Shown here one piece after another: positions 9,147 to 19,200 of a DNA stretch of 64,000 nt (positions are counted from its first letter, which is position 1; every line of letters begins with the position of its first letter). The stretch is taken from positions 9,219-73,218 of the forward strand of contig DIVR01000026.1 of NCBI GenBank assembly GCA_002428325.1, read 5' to 3'. This DNA comes from a bacterium UBP4_UBA6127 (GTDB lineage Bacteria; UBP4; UBA4092). The position numbers and the translations under genes are program-made. The notes under the pieces are model-generated. The model did not search any database, was not told the origin of the DNA, and was given only the letters and a program-made list of their open reading frames with translations.

Positions 9147-11714
9147 ATGAGTAAGTATGGATATTTCACACAAGATGGCATGGAGTATGTCATAACCCGG
9201 CCGGATACTCCGGCTCCCTGGGTTAATTACCTGACCAATAAACACTATCACGCCATGATTACCAATGCAGGCGGCGGATACAGCTTCTTCCAGTCTCCCA
9301 AAGACAGCCGGATCACCCGGTGGCGTTATAATGGACTTCCCTGGGACCGTCCGGGGAAATATGTCTATCTCCGGGATGCTGAAGATGGCGAATTCTGGTC
9401 CTTAAGCTGGCAACCGACTCCGAAAAAACTGGATTCGTATGAATGCCGGCATGGATTGGGTTATACCTCCATCACGGAAGAATATAAGGGAATCCGCAGC
9501 AATATCACCTATTTTATTCCCCTGCAGGATGACTTGGAAATCTGGCGGGTCAGCCTCACCAATCAGACTGATAAAGTCAGAAAACTTTCAATCTTCTCTT
9601 ATGTGGAACTATGTCTGGGCCATGGGTTGGTGGACTTGATCAACCAGCCTAATGACAAACATTTTAATGATGTTCAGTTCCATCAGGATGATAATACCCT
9701 CTATGCAACCAAACGATACTGGGTCACCTATTCCGGGGTTACAGTCAAACAACCTAATAAACCCTGGAATAAATGGGTCTTCTTTTCCAATACGCTGCCG
9801 GTAACCGGGTTTGACGGGTATAAAGATACCTTTATCGGTAAATGGCGCAGTGAACAAGACCCGATTGCCATTGAAGAAGGTAAATGTTTTAACACTGAAA
9901 TCACAGCGGGTGATGCGATCGGAGCTATCCAGAATGAGATTACCCTGAATCCCGGACAGACAATTGATTTTGCGGTTGTCCTGGGCATTGTGGATAAACT
10001 GGAAGAATTATCGACAGGCCAGAAAGGCGACCTTTCGGAAAAATCTTTCCGGACTCTGGCCCGCCCCCTGGTTCAGAAATATACCCATGTGGCCAATGCC
10101 GATAATGAATTGGCTAAACTGAAAGCCTGGTGGAAAGATTATCTCCAGAGAGCTCAGGTGGAGACTCCGGACCCGGAATTCAACTTAATGATGAATGTCT
10201 GGAACCAATACCAGAATAAAACCACCTTTGATTTCTCTCGAAATGCTTCCTATCACCATGGCGGACTTCTTTTTGGCCGTGGGTACCGGGACAGTTGCCA
10301 GGACATGTTGGGACCTGTCATGTATGAACCCGAAAACGTTAAAGAACGTATTCTGGAAATGGGCCGTCATCAATTCAAAAACGGTTCGGTCTTACATTGC
10401 TTTTTCCCTCTGACCAGCGGTGGGGAACGGACCGGTCATTCAGATACTCCCCTTTGGTTCCCGGTGGCTTGCTGCCAGTATATCAAGGAAACCGGCGATT
10501 GGACCATCCTGGGAGAAGTACTTCCTTTCAAAATCGAAGAACCTCCTTATCGGGAAGAAACTAAGAGCAAAGCCACCATCTTCCGGCACCTCTGCAATAA
10601 CCTGGATTATGTCATCGGAGATTGCACCGAACGAGGCCTGCCGAAATTCGGGCCTGGAGACTGGAATGATACCCTCGACTACCTCGGCCGTGATGGAAAA
10701 GGGGAAACTACCTGGGTGGCCCTCTATCTGGCGTATGCCTTGAAAGAAACCATCGGCATGATGGAAATGATGGTTCAAAAAGGTATCAAAAAAGGTGTAA
10801 GAGGAATCGTTCTGGAAGATAAACTGGCTTATTACAAAGACCAGTATGCTAAACTCAGCGAGAGAATCAACCGAATCTGCTGGGATGGTGAATGGTATTG
10901 GCGGGGAACCAATGATATCGGTGAAATCATCGGTTCAGCCAAATGCGAAGAAGGTAAAATCTTTGCGAATGCCCAGAGTTGGGCGGTTATTTCCGAGGTT
11001 GCTGATAAAACTCGGTCTGTCCAATGCATGGATTCAGTAAAAAAACATCTGGATACTCCCAAAGGGCCGAAACTTCTCCATCCTGCCTATTCCAAGGTTA
11101 ATCCCAGAATCGGTCTGGCAACCCGATGTGTTCAAGGCAAGAAAGAAAATGGAGCGGTCTTCAATCACCCGGTTACCTGGTGTATCCTGGCAGAAACTTT
11201 ACTGGGCCGAGGCGATATGGCCTTTGAATATTTCAAGAAAGCCCTTCCCCCGGCCTTACAGAACCATGCCAAAGACCTGGGCCAGACATTACCTGGCTTG
11301 ACTCAGACTCAATGGGGAATGTTCGACCCGGCGAATGAAGACCGGTATGAAGTGGAACCCTATGTCTATGCGGAATATGTGACCAGCCCTGACCATCCGA
11401 CCATCGGACAGGCTTCCCATTCCTGGTTGACCGGAACGGCCGCCTGGATGCTGCATGACGGCCTCTGTTTCATCTGCGGTGTCAGAGCTGAATATGAGGG
11501 TCTCCGAATCGATCCCTGCATCCCGAAAGCCTGGGACGGATTCAAGTTTAAACGGGTCTTCCGGGGCATTAAATATGACATCACCGTTACCAACCCCAAT
11601 CATGTCTCTAAAGGCGTGAAATCGGTAACAGTCGATGGAACCCCCATCGAGGGTAATCTGATTCCCCTCTATAAGAAAAACTCTAAACATAAAGTCGAAG
11701 TGGTCATGGGATAA
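9147..11714 (+). CDS. GH94 glycoside phosphorylase (cellobiose/cellodextrin phosphorylase-like)
   Basis: N-terminal ~160 aa align closely with cellobiose phosphorylase (YVITRPDTPAPWVNYL...AGGGYSFFQSPKDSRITRWRYN...HGLGYTSIT...). 855 aa. Confidence 0.9.
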   Translation: MSKYGYFTQDGMEYVITRPDTPAPWVNYLTNKHYHAMITNAGGGYSFFQSPKDSRITRWRYNGLPWDRPGKYVYLRDAEDGEFWSLSWQPTPKKLDSYECRHGLGYTSITEEYKGIRSNITYFIPLQDDLEIWRVSLTNQTDKVRKLSIFSYVELCLGHGLVDLINQPNDKHFNDVQFHQDDNTLYATKRYWVTYSGVTVKQPNKPWNKWVFFSNTLPVTGFDGYKDTFIGKWRSEQDPIAIEEGKCFNTEITAGDAIGAIQNEITLNPGQTIDFAVVLGIVDKLEELSTGQKGDLSEKSFRTLARPLVQKYTHVANADNELAKLKAWWKDYLQRAQVETPDPEFNLMMNVWNQYQNKTTFDFSRNASYHHGGLLFGRGYRDSCQDMLGPVMYEPENVKERILEMGRHQFKNGSVLHCFFPLTSGGERTGHSDTPLWFPVACCQYIKETGDWTILGEVLPFKIEEPPYREETKSKATIFRHLCNNLDYVIGDCTERGLPKFGPGDWNDTLDYLGRDGKGETTWVALYLAYALKETIGMMEMMVQKGIKKGVRGIVLEDKLAYYKDQYAKLSERINRICWDGEWYWRGTNDIGEIIGSAKCEEGKIFANAQSWAVISEVADKTRSVQCMDSVKKHLDTPKGPKLLHPAYSKVNPRIGLATRCVQGKKENGAVFNHPVTWCILAETLLGRGDMAFEYFKKALPPALQNHAKDLGQTLPGLTQTQWGMFDPANEDRYEVEPYVYAEYVTSPDHPTIGQASHSWLTGTAAWMLHDGLCFICGVRAEYEGLRIDPCIPKAWDGFKFKRVFRGIKYDITVTNPNHVSKGVKSVTVDGTPIEGNLIPLYKKNSKHKVEVVMG

Positions 11715-11750
11715 CCTGGTTCATTCCCTTTCCCCTTAGCTTTTAACTTA

Positions 11751-11788
11751 AAGCGAGGTTTCCTCCCAATGGAAACCTCGCTTTTTAT
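11751..11788 (+). terminator. Rho-independent terminator (AGCGAGGTTTCC..GGAAACCTCGCT followed by a T-run)
   Basis: 12-bp perfect stem followed by TTTTTAT, 3' of the GH94 gene. Confidence 0.7.
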
Positions 11789-12102
11789 ATAATGGCCACA
11801 ATGTAGGTATCTGATACATTACCCTTTATGATCTAGTCAAATGATGATGGATCATCCATATCTCTGTTTCTACCCAGTAGTGGCGACCCACTGGGTCGCT
11901 TAGTATTAATTCCTCTACCCCTTAAATCAGCCAGGCATGCCCATCCCCTACTGTAAAACTGAGCCATTTAATCCTCCCAATAGGAGGAAAACCATTAAAA
12001 TGGTTTGGAGTCTTTCTATCCCTGGTTATTCCCCGGGCTAAAGCCCGGAGTTAATCCGTTTTGTTGAAATATCCCCTATCCCATAGAAAGAGGGGAAAAC
12101 CT

Positions 12103-12120
12103 TTTTGACAGCTGTCAAAA
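12103..12120. repeat. Perfect 18-bp palindrome TTTTGACAGCTGTCAAAA (copy 1 of 3)
   Basis: Exact dyad symmetry. Contains TTGACA on both strands. The same core recurs at 12429..12450 and 42048..42073. Confidence 0.9.
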
Positions 12121-12207
12121 TCTAAAGGCTTAAGAGCTACCTTACCTTCCTATTCTGGGAGAAGAGGAGCCCTTTCTTTCTTTAGGAATGGGAGGTTTGA
12201 AAGGAGT

Positions 12208-12241
12208 CTGACCCAGGCTGATGACTACAGCCTGGGTCTAG
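12208..12241. repeat. Conserved hairpin GACCCAGGCTG-N7-CAGCCTGGGTC (family copy 1)
   Basis: 11-bp perfect inverted repeat with a 7-nt loop. The same stem sequence occurs at 28503..28539 and 57817..57849. Confidence 0.8.
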
Positions 12242-12428
12242 CTCCGATTTTAGAAACCAATCATGAATGAAACCAGGAAGGTCCCATTAATAGGAAGATT
12301 CATTTTTAACAAGTACCAGGGAGACTCTTAATAGAAGACTGATTTATATTATGTTAGCTCTATTTTATGTTTTGCCGGTAATCGATCTAAATCAGGTCAT
12401 TGGTTGAAAATCAATCCCCCTTTACCTG

Positions 12429-12450
12429 TTTTTTGACAGCTGTCAAAAAA
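12429..12450. repeat. Perfect 22-bp palindrome TTTTTTGACAGCTGTCAAAAAA (copy 2 of 3)
   Basis: Exact dyad. Located about 135 bp upstream of the aminotransferase start. Confidence 0.9.
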
Positions 12451-12583
12451 GTCTGGGTATCGGAATCTCTTTCTTTGACTATAATTTCTATTTCTATAAA
12501 TTGCCCTGAATCAATTAATGATGTTAAAATTTATATTTAGCATATTAATAATTTTAATAAGCTTCCAAAGAGGAATAAATCCC

Positions 12584-13750
12584 ATGCATCGTTTCCAACG
12601 AATTGAAATGCTACCGCCGTATGTGTTTAACATAGTGAACCAATTAAAGATGGAATACCGCCATCAGGGTGAGGATATCATTGATTTAGGGATGGGCAAC
12701 CCGGATTTACCGACCCCTCCTCATATTGTCAAAAAACTCTGTGAAGCCGCCTCCAAAGGAAAAAACCATCGATATTCCGTATCCCGTGGGATATATAAAC
12801 TCCGGCTGGGTATTTGCAACTGGTATAAACGAAATTATAATGTCGATTTAGACCCAGATACCGAAGCCATCGCGACTATTGGCTCTAAAGAAGGATTGGC
12901 CCATTTAATGTTGGCCATCCTAAATCCGGGAGATTTAGCCATGGTACCCAATCCCTCTTACCCGATTCACCGATATAGCGTGGTTATCGCCGGGGGGAAT
13001 GTCATTAATGTTCCCATGACCCTCCACACTGATTTAATGGAAAATATCGAGGCCGCTTACCGGGAAACCTGGATTAAACCTAAACTTCTGATTTTAAATT
13101 TTCCCCATAACCCCACCACCACCGTGGTCGATTTAGCCTTTTATGAGAAAGTCGTCAAATTTGCCAAAGAAAATGATTTGATGGTGGTTCAAGACCTTGC
13201 CTATGCCGACCTGGTATTTGATGGGTATAAAGCCCCCAGTATCATGCAGGTACCGGGTGCCAAAGATGTGGCTGTGGAGCTTTTCACATTATCCAAAAGT
13301 TATAATATGCCGGGTTGGAGAATGGGCTTCTGCGTAGGCAACAAAGAAATGATAAATGCCCTGACCCGAATGAAAAGTTATCTGGATTATGGAACTTTTA
13401 ATCCCATCCAGATAGCTTCAACGGTTGCCCTGGACGGCCCCCAACAGTGTGTGGAAGAGATTCGCCAAGTCTATCATCGACGCCGGGATATCCTGGTAGA
13501 TGGCTTAAATAAAATCGGATGGGAAATAACCAAGCCCAAAGCCACTATGTTTATCTGGGCCAAAATCCCACCTAAATATGAAGCCATGGGTTCTCTGGAA
13601 TTTACCAAGCTGCTATTAGCGAAAGCCAAAGTGGCTGTTTCCCCCGGTATCGGGTTTGGTGAATTTGGGGATTCATATCTCCGCCTCTCTCTGGTAGAAA
13701 ATGAAAAACGAATCCGGCAGGCAATCCGAGGCATTAAAACCCTCTTATAA
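12584..13750 (+). CDS. Pyridoxal-phosphate-dependent aminotransferase, class I (AlaC/aspartate aminotransferase-like)
   Basis: [41 protein letters not shown] matches the AlaC/AspC-like N-terminus. Start at ATG 12584 with an AGAGGA RBS; the ORF-track start at 12518 is unsupported. Confidence 0.85.
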   Translation: MHRFQRIEMLPPYVFNIVNQLKMEYRHQGEDIIDLGMGNPDLPTPPHIVKKLCEAASKGKNHRYSVSRGIYKLRLGICNWYKRNYNVDLDPDTEAIATIGSKEGLAHLMLAILNPGDLAMVPNPSYPIHRYSVVIAGGNVINVPMTLHTDLMENIEAAYRETWIKPKLLILNFPHNPTTTVVDLAFYEKVVKFAKENDLMVVQDLAYADLVFDGYKAPSIMQVPGAKDVAVELFTLSKSYNMPGWRMGFCVGNKEMINALTRMKSYLDYGTFNPIQIASTVALDGPQQCVEEIRQVYHRRRDILVDGLNKIGWEITKPKATMFIWAKIPPKYEAMGSLEFTKLLLAKAKVAVSPGIGFGEFGDSYLRLSLVENEKRIRQAIRGIKTLL

Positions 13751-13777
13751 AAAAAATGAATCCATATGAACCAAAAA

Positions 13778-13816
13778 AGGACGCTATCTAATATCATCTA
13801 GTAGCGTCCTTTTTTA
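13778..13816 (+). terminator. Terminator hairpin (AGGACGCTA..TAGCGTCCT followed by T6), flanked by an A-run
   Basis: 9-bp stem followed by a T-run, directly after the aminotransferase stop. Confidence 0.55.
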
Positions 13817-14554
13817 TTGAATGGCCCTATGAACCCTTTTGCGAAAAATATACCCACCCGGGATTTTTTGATGGAAATCTATCATCGGCTCTATGCCCTG
13901 TATGGCCCTCAACACTGGTGGCCCGGAGAGACTGATTTAGAAATCATAGTGGGAGCCATTCTGACCCAATCCACTGCCTGGTCGAATGTGGAAAAAGCCA
14001 TCACCAACCTCAATCATCAACAGGTATTGACGGTAGCCGGATTGGATAAAATCAAAGAATCAGAACTGGCCGAGTTGATCCGCCCCTCCGGTTATTTTAA
14101 CCAAAAAGCCAAAAAGGTTAAGGCTTTCATTCATTATCTGAGAGTACACCATCACGGTCAATTGGATTCCCTCCTGGGGATAGAACCGACAACACTTCGT
14201 AAAGAATTATTATCCATCCATGGGATTGGAGAAGAGACAGCTGATTCTATCATCCTCTATGCGGCCAGAAAACCTTCCTTTGTAGTGGATACTTATACCC
14301 GCAGGATTTTCTATCGGCTGGGCTGCCATCCGGAAAAGATTTCCTATCCGGAACTGCAAAGTATCTTTACCCGGAATCTTCCCTCCGAGGAAAAGCTCTT
14401 TAATGAATATCATGCCCTGATTGTGGCTTTTGGTAAAAAGCAATGCCAGAAGAAACCCCATTGCCTCTCTTGCCAGCTTCAGGATTTCTGTTGGTACTCA
14501 AAGACTCTTTCGCTCCCCAAGCCATCCCCCCAAACGAAAAAGGCCCATTCCTGA
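13817..14554 (+). CDS. Endonuclease III-like HhH-GPD base-excision DNA glycosylase with C-terminal 4Cys cluster
   Basis: HhH-GPD signature region (LLSIHGIGEETADSIILYA) and C-terminal CQKKPHCLSCQLQDFC (C-x6-C-x2-C-x5-C) typical of the Nth [4Fe-4S] loop. Ends with TGA. Confidence 0.7.
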   Translation: MNGPMNPFAKNIPTRDFLMEIYHRLYALYGPQHWWPGETDLEIIVGAILTQSTAWSNVEKAITNLNHQQVLTVAGLDKIKESELAELIRPSGYFNQKAKKVKAFIHYLRVHHHGQLDSLLGIEPTTLRKELLSIHGIGEETADSIILYAARKPSFVVDTYTRRIFYRLGCHPEKISYPELQSIFTRNLPSEEKLFNEYHALIVAFGKKQCQKKPHCLSCQLQDFCWYSKTLSLPKPSPQTKKAHS

Positions 14555-14597
14555 AAAGGAACAGACCTGTCTTCGACCGATTTCAATAATTTTTATT

Positions 14598-15899
14598 CTA
14601 GTTATTTTTCAATATTTTCAATGGATCGATAGGAACATTATTCTTACGGACTTCAAAATGGAGATGGTTCCCGGTGGATAACCCTGTAGTCCCCATTTCT
14701 CCAATCTTCTGTCCCTGGCGAACCGTCTGGCCTTCTGCTACCGAAACATCGCTCATGTGGCCGTAATAGGTAACATATCCATCCTCATGCTTAATGATGA
14801 CAGTCTTACCCATCAAACCATACCACCCGGCATGGACTACTTTACCGGGTTTAGCAGCCATAATGGTCGTTCCTTTTTTATTGGCAATATCAATTCCACG
14901 ATGCAGACGGCGGCCACCACCCATCGGGTGACGGCGATAACCAAACCCGGAGGTCAGTTTTCCACCCGTCGGATTGATAAAGCCTTTAGCGGTAGCAGCA
15001 ACCTTCTCGGGAGCTTCATCTGTTTCAGAATCATCTCCCTGAACTTCCTGGTCCGCAATGCTTTCATCAACAGTCTCATCAGCATCAGATACCTCCGCAT
15101 GGGAGGCTGCCGGAACTTTAGCAATCACCAAAGGTTTGCTGGCAGATAAATGCTTGGAAGTTCCCACTGAATTTTTTGTCCGAGAAGCCACTTCCATCTT
15201 AATATCTTTTCGGGTCTCGGTTTTCTTGGCTACCAGCATTTTAGCTCCAGGCAGGAGAATGGTCTGGCTGGGAGTTAATTTATGCCGGGAAGAAATTTTA
15301 TTAGCTTCAGCAATTGTCTTGGAAGAAACAGAATATTTTTTAGCAATCGAACCCAGGGTATCGCCCTTAGCAACCTTATATATGACTCCATCCTGGGAAG
15401 GAATCGTCAGCTTAATTCCCACTTTCAATCTTCTGGGATTTAATTCAGGATTGGCCGCTAATAAGGTTTGAAGACTGATCCCATTTATCTTGGCTATCTT
15501 CCCAAGGGTATCATGTTTCTTAAGGGTATATTCATTAATAGCCTGACGCGGCTTTTCAGGTTCAGATTTTTTGACGGTTTTTTCCTGGGAAGAGGTAACA
15601 GCAGGTTTATTGTCTTCAACGATGGGAGAGGCGAACACCTGACCGGAACCATCCGGTTCCTGAGCCAGCATTTCCGGACTGACCAGATTGATATCCTCAT
15701 CCATATAGGAGAAAAAGACATCACTCACCAGCCATCCGGCTAATACCAAAACAAAAACCACCCCGATTGCCAGGGTGATATATTCATAGGGGTCCCATGA
15801 ACGCAGACCAGGTTTGGGTTTAGCTTCCCGTTTAAGAGAAAAAACGTACTTTTTTAAAAAAACACGTTCTGCTCTCCGGGCTCGTTTATTTCCCTTCAA
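14598..15899 (-). CDS. LysM domain-containing M23 family metallopeptidase (membrane-anchored)
   Basis: One TM helix near the N-terminus, then two LysM repeats (YTLKKHDTLGKIA..., YKVAKGDTLGSIAKKY...). C-terminal M23 block HRGIDIA...GHMS...GTTGLSTGNHLHFEV. Confidence 0.85.
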   Translation of the reverse strand: MKGNKRARRAERVFLKKYVFSLKREAKPKPGLRSWDPYEYITLAIGVVFVLVLAGWLVSDVFFSYMDEDINLVSPEMLAQEPDGSGQVFASPIVEDNKPAVTSSQEKTVKKSEPEKPRQAINEYTLKKHDTLGKIAKINGISLQTLLAANPELNPRRLKVGIKLTIPSQDGVIYKVAKGDTLGSIAKKYSVSSKTIAEANKISSRHKLTPSQTILLPGAKMLVAKKTETRKDIKMEVASRTKNSVGTSKHLSASKPLVIAKVPAASHAEVSDADETVDESIADQEVQGDDSETDEAPEKVAATAKGFINPTGGKLTSGFGYRRHPMGGGRRLHRGIDIANKKGTTIMAAKPGKVVHAGWYGLMGKTVIIKHEDGYVTYYGHMSDVSVAEGQTVRQGQKIGEMGTTGLSTGNHLHFEVRKNNVPIDPLKILKNN

Positions 15900-16296
15900 A
15901 TTAATGACCCTTTTTTCAGTTCAAATATATTTCCCTGCAACTTGAAAGTTACATTATCTATGGGTATCGGATAACCTGTCAAGCTTTTTCCTGCCAAGTC
16001 GATTATCATTTTACCTCAAACCTGGCCCTAAAAGCAATTTCACCTGTCTAAAGAATTGCTGAAAGGAACCTTTTAACGGCATTTTTTTATACCTTCTATC
16101 AGGGATTAATGGTATACTACAAAAAGATTTTTAATGGCAAATTGAGCACAATAACACAGGATTATCGGACCTTAATGCCAGTTTTTATGACATTTTATTG
16201 ATAATTTTCTATAAGTGTGTTATTAATTCTTTGGATTACAATATATTAAAACGAATAAATAGAATCATTATAAGGAGAAGGGAGATACCCACTTCC

Positions 16297-19200
16297 ATGT
16301 CACGTAAAAGTAGAATGCTGAAATTTGTTTCTCTGGTTCTGCCCGTATTATTAATGGTTTTCTCTTTGGCATATTCTGCCACTGAAACTATTAAGCTTCC
16401 CGGCAACCGGACCACTCAATGGGAAAAAGCCAAACTGCCGGCAAAGGTCAGTCAGGCCCGTGTTATTCCCAACGCTAAGGACCCCAGCAAGAATTATGCT
16501 CCGGGAGAATTAATCATCCGATATAATGATGATGTGGCCCAGTCTCATGCAACCCAGCTCACTCAGTCTTTTGGGTTTAAACTCAAACGACAAGGTGCAT
16601 ACTTAAATTATCAAGTCGCCAAACTTCCTTCTAGCATATCTGTAGAAGATGCCATTAAAAAAGTCCAAAAAGACCCTAATGTCCTTTATGCAGAGCCTAA
16701 CTGGTATTGTTATGCCTCAATGATTCCCAATGATCCCTACTTCAATGATACAGTTTATCAGGTTGATGGAATAGGAATTGATCCTGATGAGGGAATCACG
16801 CTGGGTGTCTTTGGTACCAGTTCTGATTACTTATATGTCGCCACCTACCAACCCTATTTATATATCATGGGAATGCCGGACCTGCCGGGTGTTTCATTTA
16901 GCGATATAGTGGCTCCGGGTTTTATTTCCGGGCTTAATGAAGGGGTATGGTCAGTCACTCAGGGCGATGGTATCAAAGTAGCTGTCATTGATACTGGAAT
17001 TGATTTTTATCATGAAGACCTGCGAGGCCAATATCTGGCGGGATTTGATTATGTCGATAATGACGCATTTCCGATGGATAGCGCCACTGTCGGACATGGA
17101 AGCCATGTTTCCGGGATTATCGCCGCAGCTGCCAATAATCGAAAAGGAATTGCCGGTATGGCTCCTAAAGTCAAAATCATCCCGATCAGGGTATTAGGAA
17201 CCGATGGAACTGGAACCAATTCCGATGTATCAGATGGGATTATTGCCGCAGGTAAACGGTTTAAAGCCAATGTTATTAACATGAGTCTTGGAGAAGAAGC
17301 AGCTTTTTATGCTGCCCATTCAAAACTTATGTATGAGGCTATCACTGAAGTAAAAAAATATGGTTGCCAAATTGTCTGTTCAGCTGGAAATGAAAGCATC
17401 AATTATAATGCCGTGGGAGAGACCCGATGGACATTTCCTGCCATGTTTTCAGGGGTCATCTCCGTTGGCTCATGGGATTATATGTATGATGACAGTGGAG
17501 TGCCTATCAAAGTTGGTTACTCCAATTATGGGTATCAAATAATAGATGATCCCGACCGTTTCGGATTGACCTTTGACTCTGAATTTTATGGAGATATCCG
17601 AGGGACCGATATTTTTGCTCCCGGTGGTTCAGATACTTATTATCCCGTGGTCAGTTGCTTCCCTTATAAAGCAGGGGCCCCCACAGTCGATCGTTATCAG
17701 GGAATGATGGGTACCTCCATGGCAGCCCCCCATGTCTCCGCGTATGTAGCCATGCTGATGACCCGGGGAATCACAGATCGAAAATCAATGCTCTATTCAC
17801 TTTATTCCACCAGTTACAATCCCAACAATTTCCTATATGGCAATTTTACAGCTGACTGGGGTTTTGGAATGATTGACCCCATGTACGGGATTTATCTGTA
17901 TGAAGTGAACCAGAATCTAGCGATTACCAGTTATTTAGTTAACGATGCATCCACTTATAATATTGTGAATAACGCAAACCAGATATTGGATCCGGGTGAA
18001 ACCATTGATCTGTATCTTTCCGTTACGAATACTGGCAACAATGTCGCCAAGAATGTGTATGGAGTCCTGTCCACCAGTGATTCAAATGTAACCTTCATAC
18101 AAAGAGAAGCTGCTTATGGGGACATAGAATCGAATATTACCATTGAAAACACCACCCCTTATAAACTCTCTCTCAGCAAGGTAGATATCGGTAGCGGTTA
18201 TGAAATCCGTTTCATGCTCTATGCCAGTTATGATACTGGTACCGGAGACCGGGTAACCGTAGCATTGCCGGTTGATATTCCTGTATCTGAAAAGGGCGCG
18301 TTCATTTCCAGTGGAGGTCTTTATCACACAATAGACCTGGCGAAGGAAGATCCTACGCAACAACCCTATGATGGAGGGTTGTATCGGTATCTGTTTGATG
18401 ATAATAATACCGATGACCGGACCAGTGCCCTTATGGGCAGGCAGGAACAAGACGGTACCCCCGTCGGTAATAGTGATAATTACCTGAACATTAAGGAATC
18501 CAGAGTGGAATTTTCTCCGGAGCTTTTAAATAACACCGGAACCATTTTCACAATAACCAATTCGACTCAGTCAACTTCTCCTTTAACAGGGTCGATTAAT
18601 ATTTATCGGGATACCAATCCTGATGGCGGATTGCTCTCCCTGACTGATAGTTTTGAATATTATCTGACAGGGACAACTGCTTTTGCCATCGGGACTACCT
18701 CTGTCAATGCCCCTTATGTCGGGAGTGTAGCGTATCCGGAATTTGATTTTAACGTAAGTGTCCGTGATTATACTCCAGAGTCTGGCGGAGATGAAGAAAA
18801 AGGGCTTATCAAGGTTAAGAACCATTCACCGGATAAGGCTTTTGGATATGCCATCCTGGAATGGGACCTTCAGGCGTATGGAAATGTGACAGCCAACTGG
18901 CTGGATCGTGTTCCAGTAACTTATTGCCATGTGACAGCGCTGGCTCTGGACCATATTGAGATTTCCGACCCCAATGATAACAATGTCATTGAACCCGGGG
19001 AAACAATCCGTATGAAGGCCTTTATTCGGAACTCTTCCAACCTACCAGTCACTTCAGCCGTCGCAGCCCTTCTAACCACATCGGATCCTTATGTGACAGT
19101 GGCTGTTTACCGGAGTGATTATAATATTCCGGGGTTGGATGGATATCCCGGCTCCAATACCGAAAGAGCAACTTTCAGTCCGAATAATAGCGGTTTTGAA

